Made by a program: the position numbers and the translations under genes. This document shows, piece after piece, positions 8,526 through 18,851 of a DNA stretch of 26,888 nucleotides (the first letter of the stretch is position 1; every line of letters begins with the position of its first letter). The notes beneath the pieces were generated by a model that searched no databases, was not told where the DNA came from, and worked only from the letters and a program-made list of their open reading frames with translations. Source of the DNA: a virus (taxonomy: Duplodnaviria > Caudoviricetes); IMG/VR virus record IMGVR_UViG_3300030376_003139, positions 1 to 26,888 of that record, one strand, 5' to 3'.

Positions 8526-9664
8526 TGGCAATAAGACTTACAGACATAGTAACAGTAATGAAAAGCAAATGGACTTATGGGGATAAGTTCTTTGGTTACA
8601 CAGAAGAATTTAATGACAATCATAATACCCAATACCCATCAATACTTATAAGTCCGCCATCTTCAGTATTTCCTGAAGTATCTCTAAATAATGGGTGGGA
8701 GCTTTATACTTTTGAAGTTTATTTTTCAGATTTATACAATAGAACAGCACAAGCAAATGTTAGCTTAGACCAAAGATGGGATAACCTGCAAGATTTAGCT
8801 AATGAATGGTTAGACATGTTTTTAAAAAATTATCAAGACGGTATAGTAACGGGATTTTTAGAGGGTGAAGATGTAACTGTAGAGAGAGTTAAAGAAGTTG
8901 CTAATGACCAACTTTTACAAATAAGAATGAATTTTACTTGGAAGGTGTTTAGTAAATGCTTTAGACCTCAATCTGTTTATCCTACAGATATTGCTAACCT
9001 AGTAACTTGGCTAAGGGCAGATAGTGGATTGACATTTGATATACCTACTAAAAAGATTAGTGCTTGGGAAGATTATTCAGGAAGCAATAATGATTTAGTA
9101 CAGACTACTAAAAGCAAACAGCCATTAAGATATACTTATGATGGGGCTAATGATAAGTCAAGAGTTGAGTTTAATGGAACAACTGATTATTTTGATTCTG
9201 TAAACAACCTACCTATAACAACACAATTTACAATATTCCAAGTAAGTAAAAATAGTGGTAATACAACAGCAAGTATTTTAAGTTATGCAAATGCAGGTAA
9301 AAGCATAAGATTGTCATATACAAGTGATTCTGAATTATTAGCCTCAGTAAGTGACGGAACAACAGCAATAAGTGTAACCTTAACAGGCTCTAACGCTTCT
9401 AATTATCATATAGGAACATACAAATTACACAACAAAAGATTATATGTAGATTATGATTCTTCAGGAAGTTCATTATCAACAAGCGTTCAAGAAGCGGGCT
9501 ATGACAATACAACAACCTATAATGATGCGGAATATACTTTAAGTAGCGCAACTTCATTTATAAGTGCTAATTTACAAGAGTTTATAATATTTAATTCTGC
9601 ATTAGATGACTATACTATAGGGCAAATAAAATCATACTTAAACAAAAAATATAATATATATTAA
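8525..9664 (+). CDS. Tail terminator/completion-like domain fused to a C-terminal LamG-like domain
   Basis: First ~150 aa carry NTQYPSILI...YTFEVYFSD and an amphipathic helix. From 8981: LVTWLRAD...ISAWEDYSG...QP...FNGTTDY...EFIIFNSAL...YLNKKYNI. Confidence 0.6.
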   Translation: MAIRLTDIVTVMKSKWTYGDKFFGYTEEFNDNHNTQYPSILISPPSSVFPEVSLNNGWELYTFEVYFSDLYNRTAQANVSLDQRWDNLQDLANEWLDMFLKNYQDGIVTGFLEGEDVTVERVKEVANDQLLQIRMNFTWKVFSKCFRPQSVYPTDIANLVTWLRADSGLTFDIPTKKISAWEDYSGSNNDLVQTTKSKQPLRYTYDGANDKSRVEFNGTTDYFDSVNNLPITTQFTIFQVSKNSGNTTASILSYANAGKSIRLSYTSDSELLASVSDGTTAISVTLTGSNASNYHIGTYKLHNKRLYVDYDSSGSSLSTSVQEAGYDNTTTYNDAEYTLSSATSFISANLQEFIIFNSALDDYTIGQIKSYLNKKYNIY

Positions 9665-9667
9665 AAT

Positions 9668-11854
9668 ATGGCAAGATATAAAGGTGTAATAATTGCGGGA
9701 ATTCAGCCTCTTGACTATGCGGGTAGTCAGCTAGCGATAATGTCTGAAACTAATAGGTCTAATCAGTTAATGAGTGCAAACAAAGATTTAAGGTATCAAT
9801 TAATGTGGAATGGATTAAAAGACGACCAAGCTCCAAGTAGTGGTAATTTTAATCCAAGTAACAATAAGGGAGATATAATAAATGTTATTTTTGAAGTTTA
9901 TGCAACTACAGTTTCTCCTCCTCCTGCCGCTTCGGATGATTGGGATTTAGTTGCTAGTATAACAAAAACAAGAGATATTGTTAATCAAAATTATTTAAAA
10001 GGGCAGCCCGCTTTAAACCAACAAAGATTTACTGTTGATATTAGCTCAATATGTCAAGATTTACTTTCTTATAGTTTAGTTCCTATTAACAAAGGAACAT
10101 GGCAAAGCTCTTCTTATGGCGGTATGAATGGTGGCTTAACTAAGCAAGATAATGTAACTGAGGCAATTAGTAATTACAATGTAACTCCAAATGGAACGTA
10201 TAGGCATATATGGGTTAAGGCAACCCCCGAAGTTATTATTGCTAATGGAACTATACAAAGAATTTCAGGTCAAAATCCTTTGTCATTTAATAAAATAGTA
10301 GTTATAAATTCTTTAGCTCAATTTGAATTAGATAATCCTTATTATTATAGGTCTTTTTTAATTGGACAATATGGGACTAGCACAACTTACCCTAGGGGCT
10401 TTATGAGTTTTTGCCCAAATAAAACACAACTTATTGGAGACTCTGTAACTACTTTCATGAAAAATGTAAGAACGGATGAAGAGGCAGAGTGGTTGTATTG
10501 GTATCAATATAAGTTATTTAATAATACAAATTCAAGTGATTATGCAACTAAAGCAAGGATTAAGGTTCTTGTGTACTCAAGTGTTGGGGTATTACAGAAT
10601 ACCTGTTACTTATCTGATTTTAATTCTAATTTATTAACAGAAACAAGAAGCGATTTAGTGGTTTTTAAACAATCTCAAGGGGTTATGTGTGCGCAAAATG
10701 TTTCTCCTGTTTACATAAATGCTAATGCACAAGATGATGACGGTAATACATTAGCAAATCAAATAGACAGCTCTACGCAATACTATAAAACACATTTAGA
10801 GTATACTACTGCTGAAGATAATTTTTCTCCAAATACTACTTTTGATGGTAATATAACAGGATACGAAAGTTACAACTCAGGAACAGCATCTTATTCTACA
10901 ACCGAAGTTTATCAAGACTTTACAGGCTCACTAAAATCAATAAATGATGGTACTAATGATTGGTTTTTTAGACTTACAAATGAATTAACTTTAGTTGATT
11001 TAACTACTTATACAATTACTTCTTTTGTGTATATAGAGGCGGGTTATACAGGGGGAGATATATATCTAACTACAGCGAGTCAATTTGGTGGTTCAGAAAC
11101 CGCCGTAAAAGCAGATAAGACCATAATGGGTTCTTGGCAAAAAACAACTACTGAATTTAATGTCGCAGGTGATACGACAGGAAGGGTTTATGGGCGTTCC
11201 TCTAGTCCGTCTCCTTCTAATGGAAATACTGTTTATTTTAGTAATATAGTTATACAGTCTAATATAACAACTCTAAAGGCAACAGAAGACAGGTATTTTA
11301 ACATAGATAGAGAAACTGCTAACATTCCTTTTGGATTTGTAAGATTTCATTGGCTAAATAGAGCAGGAGCAATAGATAGTTATACTGCTAAAAGAAATGT
11401 AATGGAAGGATTATCTGTAAGTAGAGATACAATAGAAACTAAATCTGCAGATAGAACTTGGTATCAAAATGAAAATGATGGATTTGGTAGTCCTAATGCA
11501 GACTCTGCATATATTAATAACACAATGAGGGGTGGTAATTTATATAAAGGAGGTAGAGAAGTGTTAAATGTTAATGCACAAAGAAATAATAGTGTATATA
11601 CTGAGCCTTTAAATAAACAAACAGCAGATTGGTTAGAAGAAATAATGACATCTCCAAATGTATGGATTGAAATGGACACAGAGGCTACAGCAAGAGGCAA
11701 TACAACGAATCCTTTTCAAAGACCATCTACAAAAGGATATATACCCGTTATCATAACTAATGGTGAGGTTGAAACAGTAAATCAAGAGGAAGGACTAGTT
11801 AAGTTTAATATAGAATATACTTTAGCTCATAAAGTTCAAACACAAAGAAATTAA
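9668..11854 (+). CDS. Tail/baseplate structural protein (Dit-like C-terminus) with an inserted CBM-like domain
   Basis: 728 aa; C-terminal RFHWLNRAGAIDSY...WLEEIMTSPNVW...PVII...FNIEY, a pattern I recall from Bacteroidota phage tail proteins. Confidence 0.6.
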   Translation: MARYKGVIIAGIQPLDYAGSQLAIMSETNRSNQLMSANKDLRYQLMWNGLKDDQAPSSGNFNPSNNKGDIINVIFEVYATTVSPPPAASDDWDLVASITKTRDIVNQNYLKGQPALNQQRFTVDISSICQDLLSYSLVPINKGTWQSSSYGGMNGGLTKQDNVTEAISNYNVTPNGTYRHIWVKATPEVIIANGTIQRISGQNPLSFNKIVVINSLAQFELDNPYYYRSFLIGQYGTSTTYPRGFMSFCPNKTQLIGDSVTTFMKNVRTDEEAEWLYWYQYKLFNNTNSSDYATKARIKVLVYSSVGVLQNTCYLSDFNSNLLTETRSDLVVFKQSQGVMCAQNVSPVYINANAQDDDGNTLANQIDSSTQYYKTHLEYTTAEDNFSPNTTFDGNITGYESYNSGTASYSTTEVYQDFTGSLKSINDGTNDWFFRLTNELTLVDLTTYTITSFVYIEAGYTGGDIYLTTASQFGGSETAVKADKTIMGSWQKTTTEFNVAGDTTGRVYGRSSSPSPSNGNTVYFSNIVIQSNITTLKATEDRYFNIDRETANIPFGFVRFHWLNRAGAIDSYTAKRNVMEGLSVSRDTIETKSADRTWYQNENDGFGSPNADSAYINNTMRGGNLYKGGREVLNVNAQRNNSVYTEPLNKQTADWLEEIMTSPNVWIEMDTEATARGNTTNPFQRPSTKGYIPVIITNGEVETVNQEEGLVKFNIEYTLAHKVQTQRN

Positions 11855-14487
11855 TGTCTCAAGTTGCTATTGAAATCTTAGATTATGTATATGATGGAGG
11901 AACCATTGATTTTAATTCTAGTATTTTAGGAACTTTAGATGTTACTTCACATTCTGACTTTCCCTTAGCTCTTACGTTTAGTATTGCTGATATTAAAGAT
12001 ATAAACGCTAGAAAAGGAACTTTTAGCAAGACATTTAAAATACCTGCTACTAAAAACAACAACAGAATTTATAAAAGTATTTATTTGGCTAATAGCAGTA
12101 GCTCTAATGATGTTTTTACTAAAAAAGAATGTAGGATATTGGTGAATAATGTATTTGCTATTCGGGGGATATTACAATTAAAAACGGTAGGGAGTTCAGA
12201 AAATCCTGAATACTATTCTTGTGTTTTTTTTGGAAATAACATTGGATGGGCAAATAAAATAGAGGAGAAGTTATTAAAAGATTTAGGAACTGATGGAAGC
12301 GGTTGGGATACGATAAACGGAAAGGTTGGTACAGGATTAAAAGTAAATAAAACAGATATTGTGGCTACTTTCAGTCAAGATGATGCTACAGGGTCAAGCC
12401 CTGTTGTATATCCTGTTACATCTTATGGTGATTTTAACCCCACAGGAGAGACCCAAACTCTTCAGCTATTAGATACTGCATACGATTCTCCCCAAACAGG
12501 AACTACTGCCGCCTCTTTAGGTTACACGGGTAGTGTAACAAATGCAAACCGATATAATACTCCTGAGCCTGTTATGGATTGGAGACCTTGTTTGTGGGTA
12601 TATGATGTTTTTAAAGAAATTTTTATTCAGGCGGGGTATTCTATATCTTCTACTTTTATTGAAGGCTCAATATTTAAAAAACTATTATTTGCTTTGCCTA
12701 ATTTTAAATATAATGATGATGGGGAAAGGTATAATTCACACTCTCTTGAATGTTCTTTTGCTAATAGTGCATTTGTTGACACCTATAGCTATTCTGTATC
12801 AAATACTACAACCCAAAAAAATCAAAATTATACTATCAACCTAAATAATACTGATTTAAACTTTATTGAAACTTTAAATACTGCCGATTTTAATGGAAGC
12901 ACAGGAGATTATATAGTGCCTGATTATGGCTTTTATAATATTAATCTATTAAGAATGGGTTATATATATAAAAATCCCGTATTCACTAACACTAATCGGG
13001 TTGAAATTGTACGTTCTACATTAAGAATTATAGTAAAAACTGTAGGTCAGACTCATTGGAGAATACTAGCTCAAACCTCAACAGTTCCAATTAATAGAAT
13101 TATGTATGAAAATGACTCCTCTACATGGGAGGGAGTTCAGTATTTTGGAAATGAAATAAATGATGAGTCTAGATATTTTTTGAATAAAGATGATATTGTA
13201 AGAACTCAAATACATGTTATTTTTAAAACTTTACCGTCCACGGCGGGAGCTTATACCTCTACTTTTGACATTGATTTGTATGGCTCTCAAGAGATAAATA
13301 TTACTTCTCCTAGCGCTAACATTCCTAATGGAAGGTATGATATAAAGGTTCAGCCTGAATATGTTGCTTATGGACAGACTTATAATTTAAAAGATATAAT
13401 TAATAAAGAATATAAACAGATGGATTTTGTAAAAGGAGTGGCACATGCCTTTAACTTGCAATTTACTACAGATGAAGATTCAAAAACTATATTTATAGAG
13501 CCTTTTACTGATTTCTATAAACCATTATCTGAGGCTATAGATTGGACATATAAGGTAGATAAGAGTAAGGGATATACAGATGATTTATTAACATCTTCTT
13601 TAAATAGAGATATTATTTTTAAATATAAAGCAGATGATAAGGACTCTAAAGTTAAGCAAAGAGCAATGGATTATTTTAAAGAGATAGAGGATGAATACCC
13701 TTATTTTGAAACATTATCTGACAAATTTAAAAAAGGAACTTCTACTTTTGAAAATCAATTCTTTGCAGGAACATTTACTGCGGGGGATGTTGATATATCT
13801 ACCAATCCTAATCCACAGCCTTATATAGCGTGTTTATGGGAAGAGCTGCAAGACGGAGGATATATATCTCCTAATGATACTGCAAGACCTGATAAGGGTT
13901 ATGATTTTCTTCCTAGATTATTATATTGGAAAAAATACAGTCCTGACTTGTCTACCAATCCTTACGCAGTTTGTTTAAAATATGCTACTGCTCAAACTTG
14001 GGATTCTACATATAAAGGAATATTTGCAGACCAAAATATAGGAGGTATTTACATATCTAATGTTTTTCCTCAAGCCACATCAGTAAATAGAGATGACAGC
14101 AGCTCTCCTGTTTTGACTTATGGTAATGTGTGGGTTAGAGATTATGATGATGCAAACAATACTTATACCGATTATAGTGTTGGTAAAGGCTTATATCAGA
14201 CCTATTATATGGCAATGATTGAAATGCTTAAAAAAGACCAAAGAATTAGGAAGATTAATGTTAATTTAAAAATAAAAGATATTATTAATTTAGATTTAAG
14301 AAAATTAATATATATAGATGGTGTTTATTGGAGAATAAATAAAATAAATGATTATTCACCCCTTAGCAATTCACCAACTAAAGTAGAGTTAATTAGATGG
14401 TTTAATTATGAAGGCTTTATAAGTACCGAGCCTACATTAAATGCTAATGATGGAAATTGGAATAATTCAACAGGCTTCGGCTTATAA
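11854..14487 (+). CDS. Tail tip/baseplate hub-like protein
   Basis: 877 aa; LTFSIADIKDINARKGTFSKTFKIPATKNNN at the N-terminus, QMDFVKGVAHAFNL in the middle, LDLRKLIYIDGVYWRINKINDY...TKVELI at the C-terminus. Confidence 0.7.
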   Translation: MSQVAIEILDYVYDGGTIDFNSSILGTLDVTSHSDFPLALTFSIADIKDINARKGTFSKTFKIPATKNNNRIYKSIYLANSSSSNDVFTKKECRILVNNVFAIRGILQLKTVGSSENPEYYSCVFFGNNIGWANKIEEKLLKDLGTDGSGWDTINGKVGTGLKVNKTDIVATFSQDDATGSSPVVYPVTSYGDFNPTGETQTLQLLDTAYDSPQTGTTAASLGYTGSVTNANRYNTPEPVMDWRPCLWVYDVFKEIFIQAGYSISSTFIEGSIFKKLLFALPNFKYNDDGERYNSHSLECSFANSAFVDTYSYSVSNTTTQKNQNYTINLNNTDLNFIETLNTADFNGSTGDYIVPDYGFYNINLLRMGYIYKNPVFTNTNRVEIVRSTLRIIVKTVGQTHWRILAQTSTVPINRIMYENDSSTWEGVQYFGNEINDESRYFLNKDDIVRTQIHVIFKTLPSTAGAYTSTFDIDLYGSQEINITSPSANIPNGRYDIKVQPEYVAYGQTYNLKDIINKEYKQMDFVKGVAHAFNLQFTTDEDSKTIFIEPFTDFYKPLSEAIDWTYKVDKSKGYTDDLLTSSLNRDIIFKYKADDKDSKVKQRAMDYFKEIEDEYPYFETLSDKFKKGTSTFENQFFAGTFTAGDVDISTNPNPQPYIACLWEELQDGGYISPNDTARPDKGYDFLPRLLYWKKYSPDLSTNPYAVCLKYATAQTWDSTYKGIFADQNIGGIYISNVFPQATSVNRDDSSSPVLTYGNVWVRDYDDANNTYTDYSVGKGLYQTYYMAMIEMLKKDQRIRKINVNLKIKDIINLDLRKLIYIDGVYWRINKINDYSPLSNSPTKVELIRWFNYEGFISTEPTLNANDGNWNNSTGFGL

Positions 14488-14488
14488 T

Positions 14489-14674
14489 ATGGGAGAACAG
14501 GTTAGTCAAATAAATAATGGGGGTATTGCTAATATTAGTGGATTAAAGGTATATATGACAATAACAATAAGTGGAGAAGATTTTTTAATACCTATTGTCG
14601 CTGAAGATGAGTATGGTAATGCTCATCAAGTATTAAGAAGAAGCGTAAACAACATAATAGAGGACGACGAATAA
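14489..14674 (+). CDS. Small hypothetical protein (61 aa)
   Basis: TAA-T-ATG junctions on both sides; ATG 14489 preferred to 14441. Confidence 0.6.
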   Translation: MGEQVSQINNGGIANISGLKVYMTITISGEDFLIPIVAEDEYGNAHQVLRRSVNNIIEDDE

Positions 14675-14675
14675 T

Positions 14676-15200
14676 ATGGCAGAAAAACTACCTATAGTAG
14701 AAGAAGCATTAAGAAGGGCAGGTGGTCTCTATATAGAATACCTACAAGACGAGTTAGATTATCAAAAGCACGTTGCGTCAGGTAATCTTAAAAATGGTTT
14801 TTATGTAAGAGTACATTATGCGGGTGGCGGCTTAAGAATGGACGTTATGAACAAGTATTCATATATGGACATTGTGAATAACGGAGCTTCAGGTGTTACT
14901 GCTACTTATGCTGAGTTAGATGCTTGGACAAGTCAAAAAGAAAGTAGGGGTGAGTTGAGTTTTTCAAGTAATAGTAGAAGAAGGTATTTTATAAATAAAG
15001 TTAAATCAGAATTAGAAAGTCGCTATTTAACACAAGGGGGAGATAAAGTTGCTCCTAGAAGATACTTTTTTATAGAAACTGCTTATGAAACTGCTAATAC
15101 TCAGGGAGTGCAAAAAGAAATAGAAAATAGCGTATCACAAGAAATAGAGGCTATATTAAATAAATATGGAAGTTTTAAAGCAATACAATTAACAATATAA
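14676..15200 (+). CDS. HK97 gp10-like tail completion/neck protein
   Basis: 174 aa; ASGNLKN...YMDIVNNG...PRRYFFIETAY pattern; directly upstream of the tape measure gene. Confidence 0.55.
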   Translation: MAEKLPIVEEALRRAGGLYIEYLQDELDYQKHVASGNLKNGFYVRVHYAGGGLRMDVMNKYSYMDIVNNGASGVTATYAELDAWTSQKESRGELSFSSNSRRRYFINKVKSELESRYLTQGGDKVAPRRYFFIETAYETANTQGVQKEIENSVSQEIEAILNKYGSFKAIQLTI

Positions 15201-15204
15201 TAAA

Positions 15205-18048
15205 ATGGCAAACAAAAAATTAGCTATAGAAGTAGAAATCAAAAACATCAAAAGGGTTGCTGATTTAAAATCTGAACTAAAAGCATTAAGAAAAGAACAG
15301 GTTGAATTAGAAAAAACTTCTAAGACGGGTAGGTTTACGTCAAAAAAACAGGAAGAACAATATATTAAAAATTCTAGAGCAATAAAAGATAAATCTACAC
15401 AGCTAAGAAATTTAAACAAAAATTTAAAAGAATCTACTACTAATACTACTAAAGCTGCAAAAGCCTCTAATGGTATGGCTAAACAGTTTATCAAAGGGGC
15501 TGCGGCTCTTGGTGTTATTGTTACCGCCTTTAGAACTGTGAGTAGGGTTGTTTCTTCTGTGCTTTCTACTTTTTCTGAATTTGAATTTGTAATGGCTAAA
15601 GTAAATGCTGTTTCAGGGGCTACAGAACAAGAATTTACTGCATTAACAAAATCTGCGGAAGAACTAGGTAGAACAACTTTTTTTACCGCAACACAAGTAG
15701 GTCAATTACAATTAAATTTTTCTAAATTAGGATTTACTGCAGATGAAATTTTAAAAGCCCAAAAAGCCACATTAGATTTAGCAACAGCAACAGGTAGTGA
15801 TTTGGCTAGAAGTGCAACTGTAGCGGGTGCGGCTGTTAGAGGTTTTGGATTAGATGCTAGTGAAACTGCTAGGGTGGTTGATGTAATGGCTGTTTCTTTT
15901 AGTAGTTCTGCTATGGATATTGAAAAATGGCAAACTTCTATGACTAAGGTTGCTCCTATTGCAAAGTCCGCAGGATTCTCTATTGAAGATACTGCAGCAA
16001 TAATGTCTAAATTAACAGACTCAGGTATTGAGGCTTCTATAGCGGGTACTTCTTTAAGAAATATACTTCTTAAAATGCAAGACCCTGCCTCAGATTTAAG
16101 TCAAGCATTTGGAGGCACGATACATTCTCTAGATGAGCTAGTCCCTGCTATGAAAAAGTTTTCAAAAGAAGGTGGTGATTTAGCAAAAATCATGCAGGTT
16201 GTAGATTTAAGACAGGCTGCTGCTTTTGAACAAATGATTACCTCCGCAGATGCTACTTTAGAATTAAGAGACAAACTTAATAAAGCAAATGGAGAGGCAG
16301 ATAGAATGGCAAAAATTATTGGAGATACGCTACAAGGGTCTTTTTTAAAGTTTACTTCTGCACTACAAGGTCTTTCAATATCTCTTATGAAAGATTTTGC
16401 AGCGGGGCTTCAGTCAGCTATTGAAAGAACCGCTAGGTTTTTTAATATGTTAACTAAACATAGCAAAGTAATAACTACTGTAATAAGAGCAGTAATAAGA
16501 CTTGCTAAATATTTTGGGGTTTATAAGCTATTAATCGCTTCATTACCTGCTTTACAAAGGGCTTGGAACGCTGCCTTAATATCTACAACAAGTGTTACCG
16601 CAGCAACTACTGCCGCAACAAATTTCCTTTCAGCAGCAGTTATAAGGCTAAAACTTGCTTGGCAATCACTTGTTGCTTCTACGGGGATTGGTTTAGTGGT
16701 GGTTGCTCTTACTGAATTTGTTTCTTGGATGATTAGAAGTAAAACTGCAACAGAGGAGTTAACGGAGGTTACGGAAGAATATATTGATATAAAAACACAA
16801 TTAGGGTTAATAGAGGATTCTATTAATAAAACAATGTCAAAGCGACTTGCTAATTCTCAAAAGGAGGCTAGAAAAAATATAGAACTCTTAGACACTGAGA
16901 TAAGACTTCGTAAATCTTTGCTTATGAGAGCAGAAAAAGGCATGATTAAAATGTCAAATCTAGAGAAGGATTTACACAAAAAGGCAATAAAAAGATTTGA
17001 GTTTAAAAAACAATTAGAGGAAAAAAATGAAAAAAGACTAATAAAGAAAGACAAGGAATTAGCTCTTTTAAAAAAAGATTTGGTTTATATAGCCGAAGAA
17101 GAATTAAAATTGGCTAGAGAAGTTCCTGCGGCTACAGAAGCAGAGGTTGCTGCTAGAAATAAAAACGTAGACATTTTAGAAAAAGAAATAAAAAGACTGA
17201 AAGAATTAGGCTTAGAAAAAGATAAAGCTAAAGACGATAGCTTATTCTATAAGGAACTATATACTAGCTCTCAAGCGGATTTAGATTTGTTAAGACAACA
17301 AGATGCTGATTTTTTTGCTGAACAAGAAGAAAAAGGCAAGATGCGTCTTGAAATGTTTAAAACATTTTCAGATAGTATATTTACAATTATTGGAAACAAT
17401 GCACAGAGAAGGGCTGATAGAGAGGCTAAAATACTAGAAGAAAGAAAAGAGGCTGGTTTAATAACAGAAGCACAATACGAAGCTCAACTTTTACAAGTTC
17501 AGAAAAAAGCTTTTGAAAGAAAGAAAAGGCTTGATATTGCAGAAGCAATAATTAATGGGGCTTTAGCTATGACAAAGGTAACAGCACAAACAGGGATTTT
17601 AGCTTTTGCTTTTTCTCCATTTATTGCAGCTATGACTGCCGCACAGATTGCAGTAATTGCATCTCAAAAATTTGCTTTAGGAGGTATAATAGAAAAGTTT
17701 GCTGATGGTGGAATGGTAGTTGGTAAGTCACACGCACAAGGTGGGGAGAAGTTTGCTGTAGGAGGCAGGGTAGCAGAACTAGAAGGTGGTGAGGCTGTTA
17801 TAAATAAGCGTAGTACAGCTATGTTTAAAGGACAGCTATCAGCTATGAACGCAGCAGGTGGTGGTGTTAAGTTTGCAGATGGTGGATTAATGAATATGCC
17901 ATCTTTTGCTAGCTCACAATTTAATGCAACCAATCAACAAAACATGATGGGCGCAATGAATCAAGGTAGCAGAGTTGTAGTGGTTGAGGCTGATATAACT
18001 AATAGTCAAAATACCGTAGGTTTAATAGAGGCAGAAGCTACATTTTAA
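15205..18048 (+). CDS. Tail tape measure protein (TP901-family core)
   Basis: 947 aa; FEFVMAKVNAVSGAT...LGRTTFFTATQV...GIEASIAGTSLRNIL core, hydrophobic segments, coiled coil, C-terminal FAxGG/GKSHAQGG/EGGEAVINK. Confidence 0.93.
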   Translation: MANKKLAIEVEIKNIKRVADLKSELKALRKEQVELEKTSKTGRFTSKKQEEQYIKNSRAIKDKSTQLRNLNKNLKESTTNTTKAAKASNGMAKQFIKGAAALGVIVTAFRTVSRVVSSVLSTFSEFEFVMAKVNAVSGATEQEFTALTKSAEELGRTTFFTATQVGQLQLNFSKLGFTADEILKAQKATLDLATATGSDLARSATVAGAAVRGFGLDASETARVVDVMAVSFSSSAMDIEKWQTSMTKVAPIAKSAGFSIEDTAAIMSKLTDSGIEASIAGTSLRNILLKMQDPASDLSQAFGGTIHSLDELVPAMKKFSKEGGDLAKIMQVVDLRQAAAFEQMITSADATLELRDKLNKANGEADRMAKIIGDTLQGSFLKFTSALQGLSISLMKDFAAGLQSAIERTARFFNMLTKHSKVITTVIRAVIRLAKYFGVYKLLIASLPALQRAWNAALISTTSVTAATTAATNFLSAAVIRLKLAWQSLVASTGIGLVVVALTEFVSWMIRSKTATEELTEVTEEYIDIKTQLGLIEDSINKTMSKRLANSQKEARKNIELLDTEIRLRKSLLMRAEKGMIKMSNLEKDLHKKAIKRFEFKKQLEEKNEKRLIKKDKELALLKKDLVYIAEEELKLAREVPAATEAEVAARNKNVDILEKEIKRLKELGLEKDKAKDDSLFYKELYTSSQADLDLLRQQDADFFAEQEEKGKMRLEMFKTFSDSIFTIIGNNAQRRADREAKILEERKEAGLITEAQYEAQLLQVQKKAFERKKRLDIAEAIINGALAMTKVTAQTGILAFAFSPFIAAMTAAQIAVIASQKFALGGIIEKFADGGMVVGKSHAQGGEKFAVGGRVAELEGGEAVINKRSTAMFKGQLSAMNAAGGGVKFADGGLMNMPSFASSQFNATNQQNMMGAMNQGSRVVVVEADITNSQNTVGLIEAEATF

Positions 18049-18059
18049 AATATAAACAA

Positions 18060-18260
18060 ATGTTTGTTAGTAAAAAAGTAAAGCAAGATAGATTAGATAC
18101 CTGTAAAAAGTGCGATTTTTATAGAAACTTCTTAATGTTAAGATATCCTAAGTGGGATAAAGGAGCAAGATGTGCTAAATGCACTTGCTTTTTAGATGCA
18201 AAGACAACATTGACTAAAGAATATGCAGGTAAATGTCCTCTTAATAAATGGGAAGAATAA
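18060..18260 (+). CDS. Small Cys-rich putative zinc-binding protein (resembles DUF6171)
   Basis: RLDTCKKC...RCAKCTCFLDAK...CPLNKW. Confidence 0.7.
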   Translation: MFVSKKVKQDRLDTCKKCDFYRNFLMLRYPKWDKGARCAKCTCFLDAKTTLTKEYAGKCPLNKWEE

Positions 18261-18275
18261 TTAAAAATAACCATT

Positions 18276-18524
18276 ATGACTATTGAATCTATTGCTAATA
18301 AAATAGAACAAGAACAAAAAAGAGAAATAATACAAGCTGTAAAACAAAACAATGACTCTATAGAAAAACAGGGTAAATACCATTCTAGAGGATTAACATT
18401 GCTTTTTAAAGAATGGCACAGGCACTTTCCTCACATTAAACAACAACTAGGATGTAAAGGATGTAGAGAGGCTGTCACTAAGTTTTGGAATAATGTAAAT
18501 AAAATCTGGGAACAAAAAAATTAA
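18276..18524 (+). CDS. Hypothetical protein with CxxC
   Basis: 82 aa, GCKGC; TAA-T-ATG junction to the next gene. Confidence 0.65.
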   Translation: MTIESIANKIEQEQKREIIQAVKQNNDSIEKQGKYHSRGLTLLFKEWHRHFPHIKQQLGCKGCREAVTKFWNNVNKIWEQKN

Positions 18525-18525
18525 T

Positions 18526-18846
18526 ATGGCGTCAAGACAAAATAAAGTTGATGTAATATATGATTATATAGATTTAGCTGAAAAAGAAATTATTAAAAGG
18601 TGGCACGACCCTACTACAAAAGACATATTAAGGCATTTAATTGAAAGAGGAATAGTAGAGCCTAAGAGATTAAGAAACTATATGATTATATATGATTTTG
18701 ATTGTATGCTAAGAACTAATGAAGGGAACAGAACTTATACTTTTATGGACTTATCAATTAAATATAATATTTCAGAAAGACAGGCTCAAAGTATAGTTTA
18801 TAAAGAAAGAAGGAAGCAATCCCCATCTGAAAACATCACATACTAA
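18526..18846 (+). CDS. Helix-turn-helix DNA-binding protein (Mor/C-like C-terminus), candidate late activator
   Basis: RNYMIIYDF...TFMDLSIKYNISERQAQSIVYK resembles the RN..I...F...LA.KY.LS...IY.I pattern of the Mor family. Confidence 0.55.
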   Translation: MASRQNKVDVIYDYIDLAEKEIIKRWHDPTTKDILRHLIERGIVEPKRLRNYMIIYDFDCMLRTNEGNRTYTFMDLSIKYNISERQAQSIVYKERRKQSPSENITY

Positions 18847-18851
18847 ATTTT

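Noticed and set aside
12542-12844. 100-aa + strand ORF inside the hub-like gene
   Set aside because: Alternate-frame Leu/Ile-rich shadow typical of AT-rich coding DNA.
13798-13962. 12-nt direct repeat TCTACCAATCCT in the hub-like gene
   Set aside because: Two in-frame STNP copies, plausible by chance or local duplication; no associated structure.
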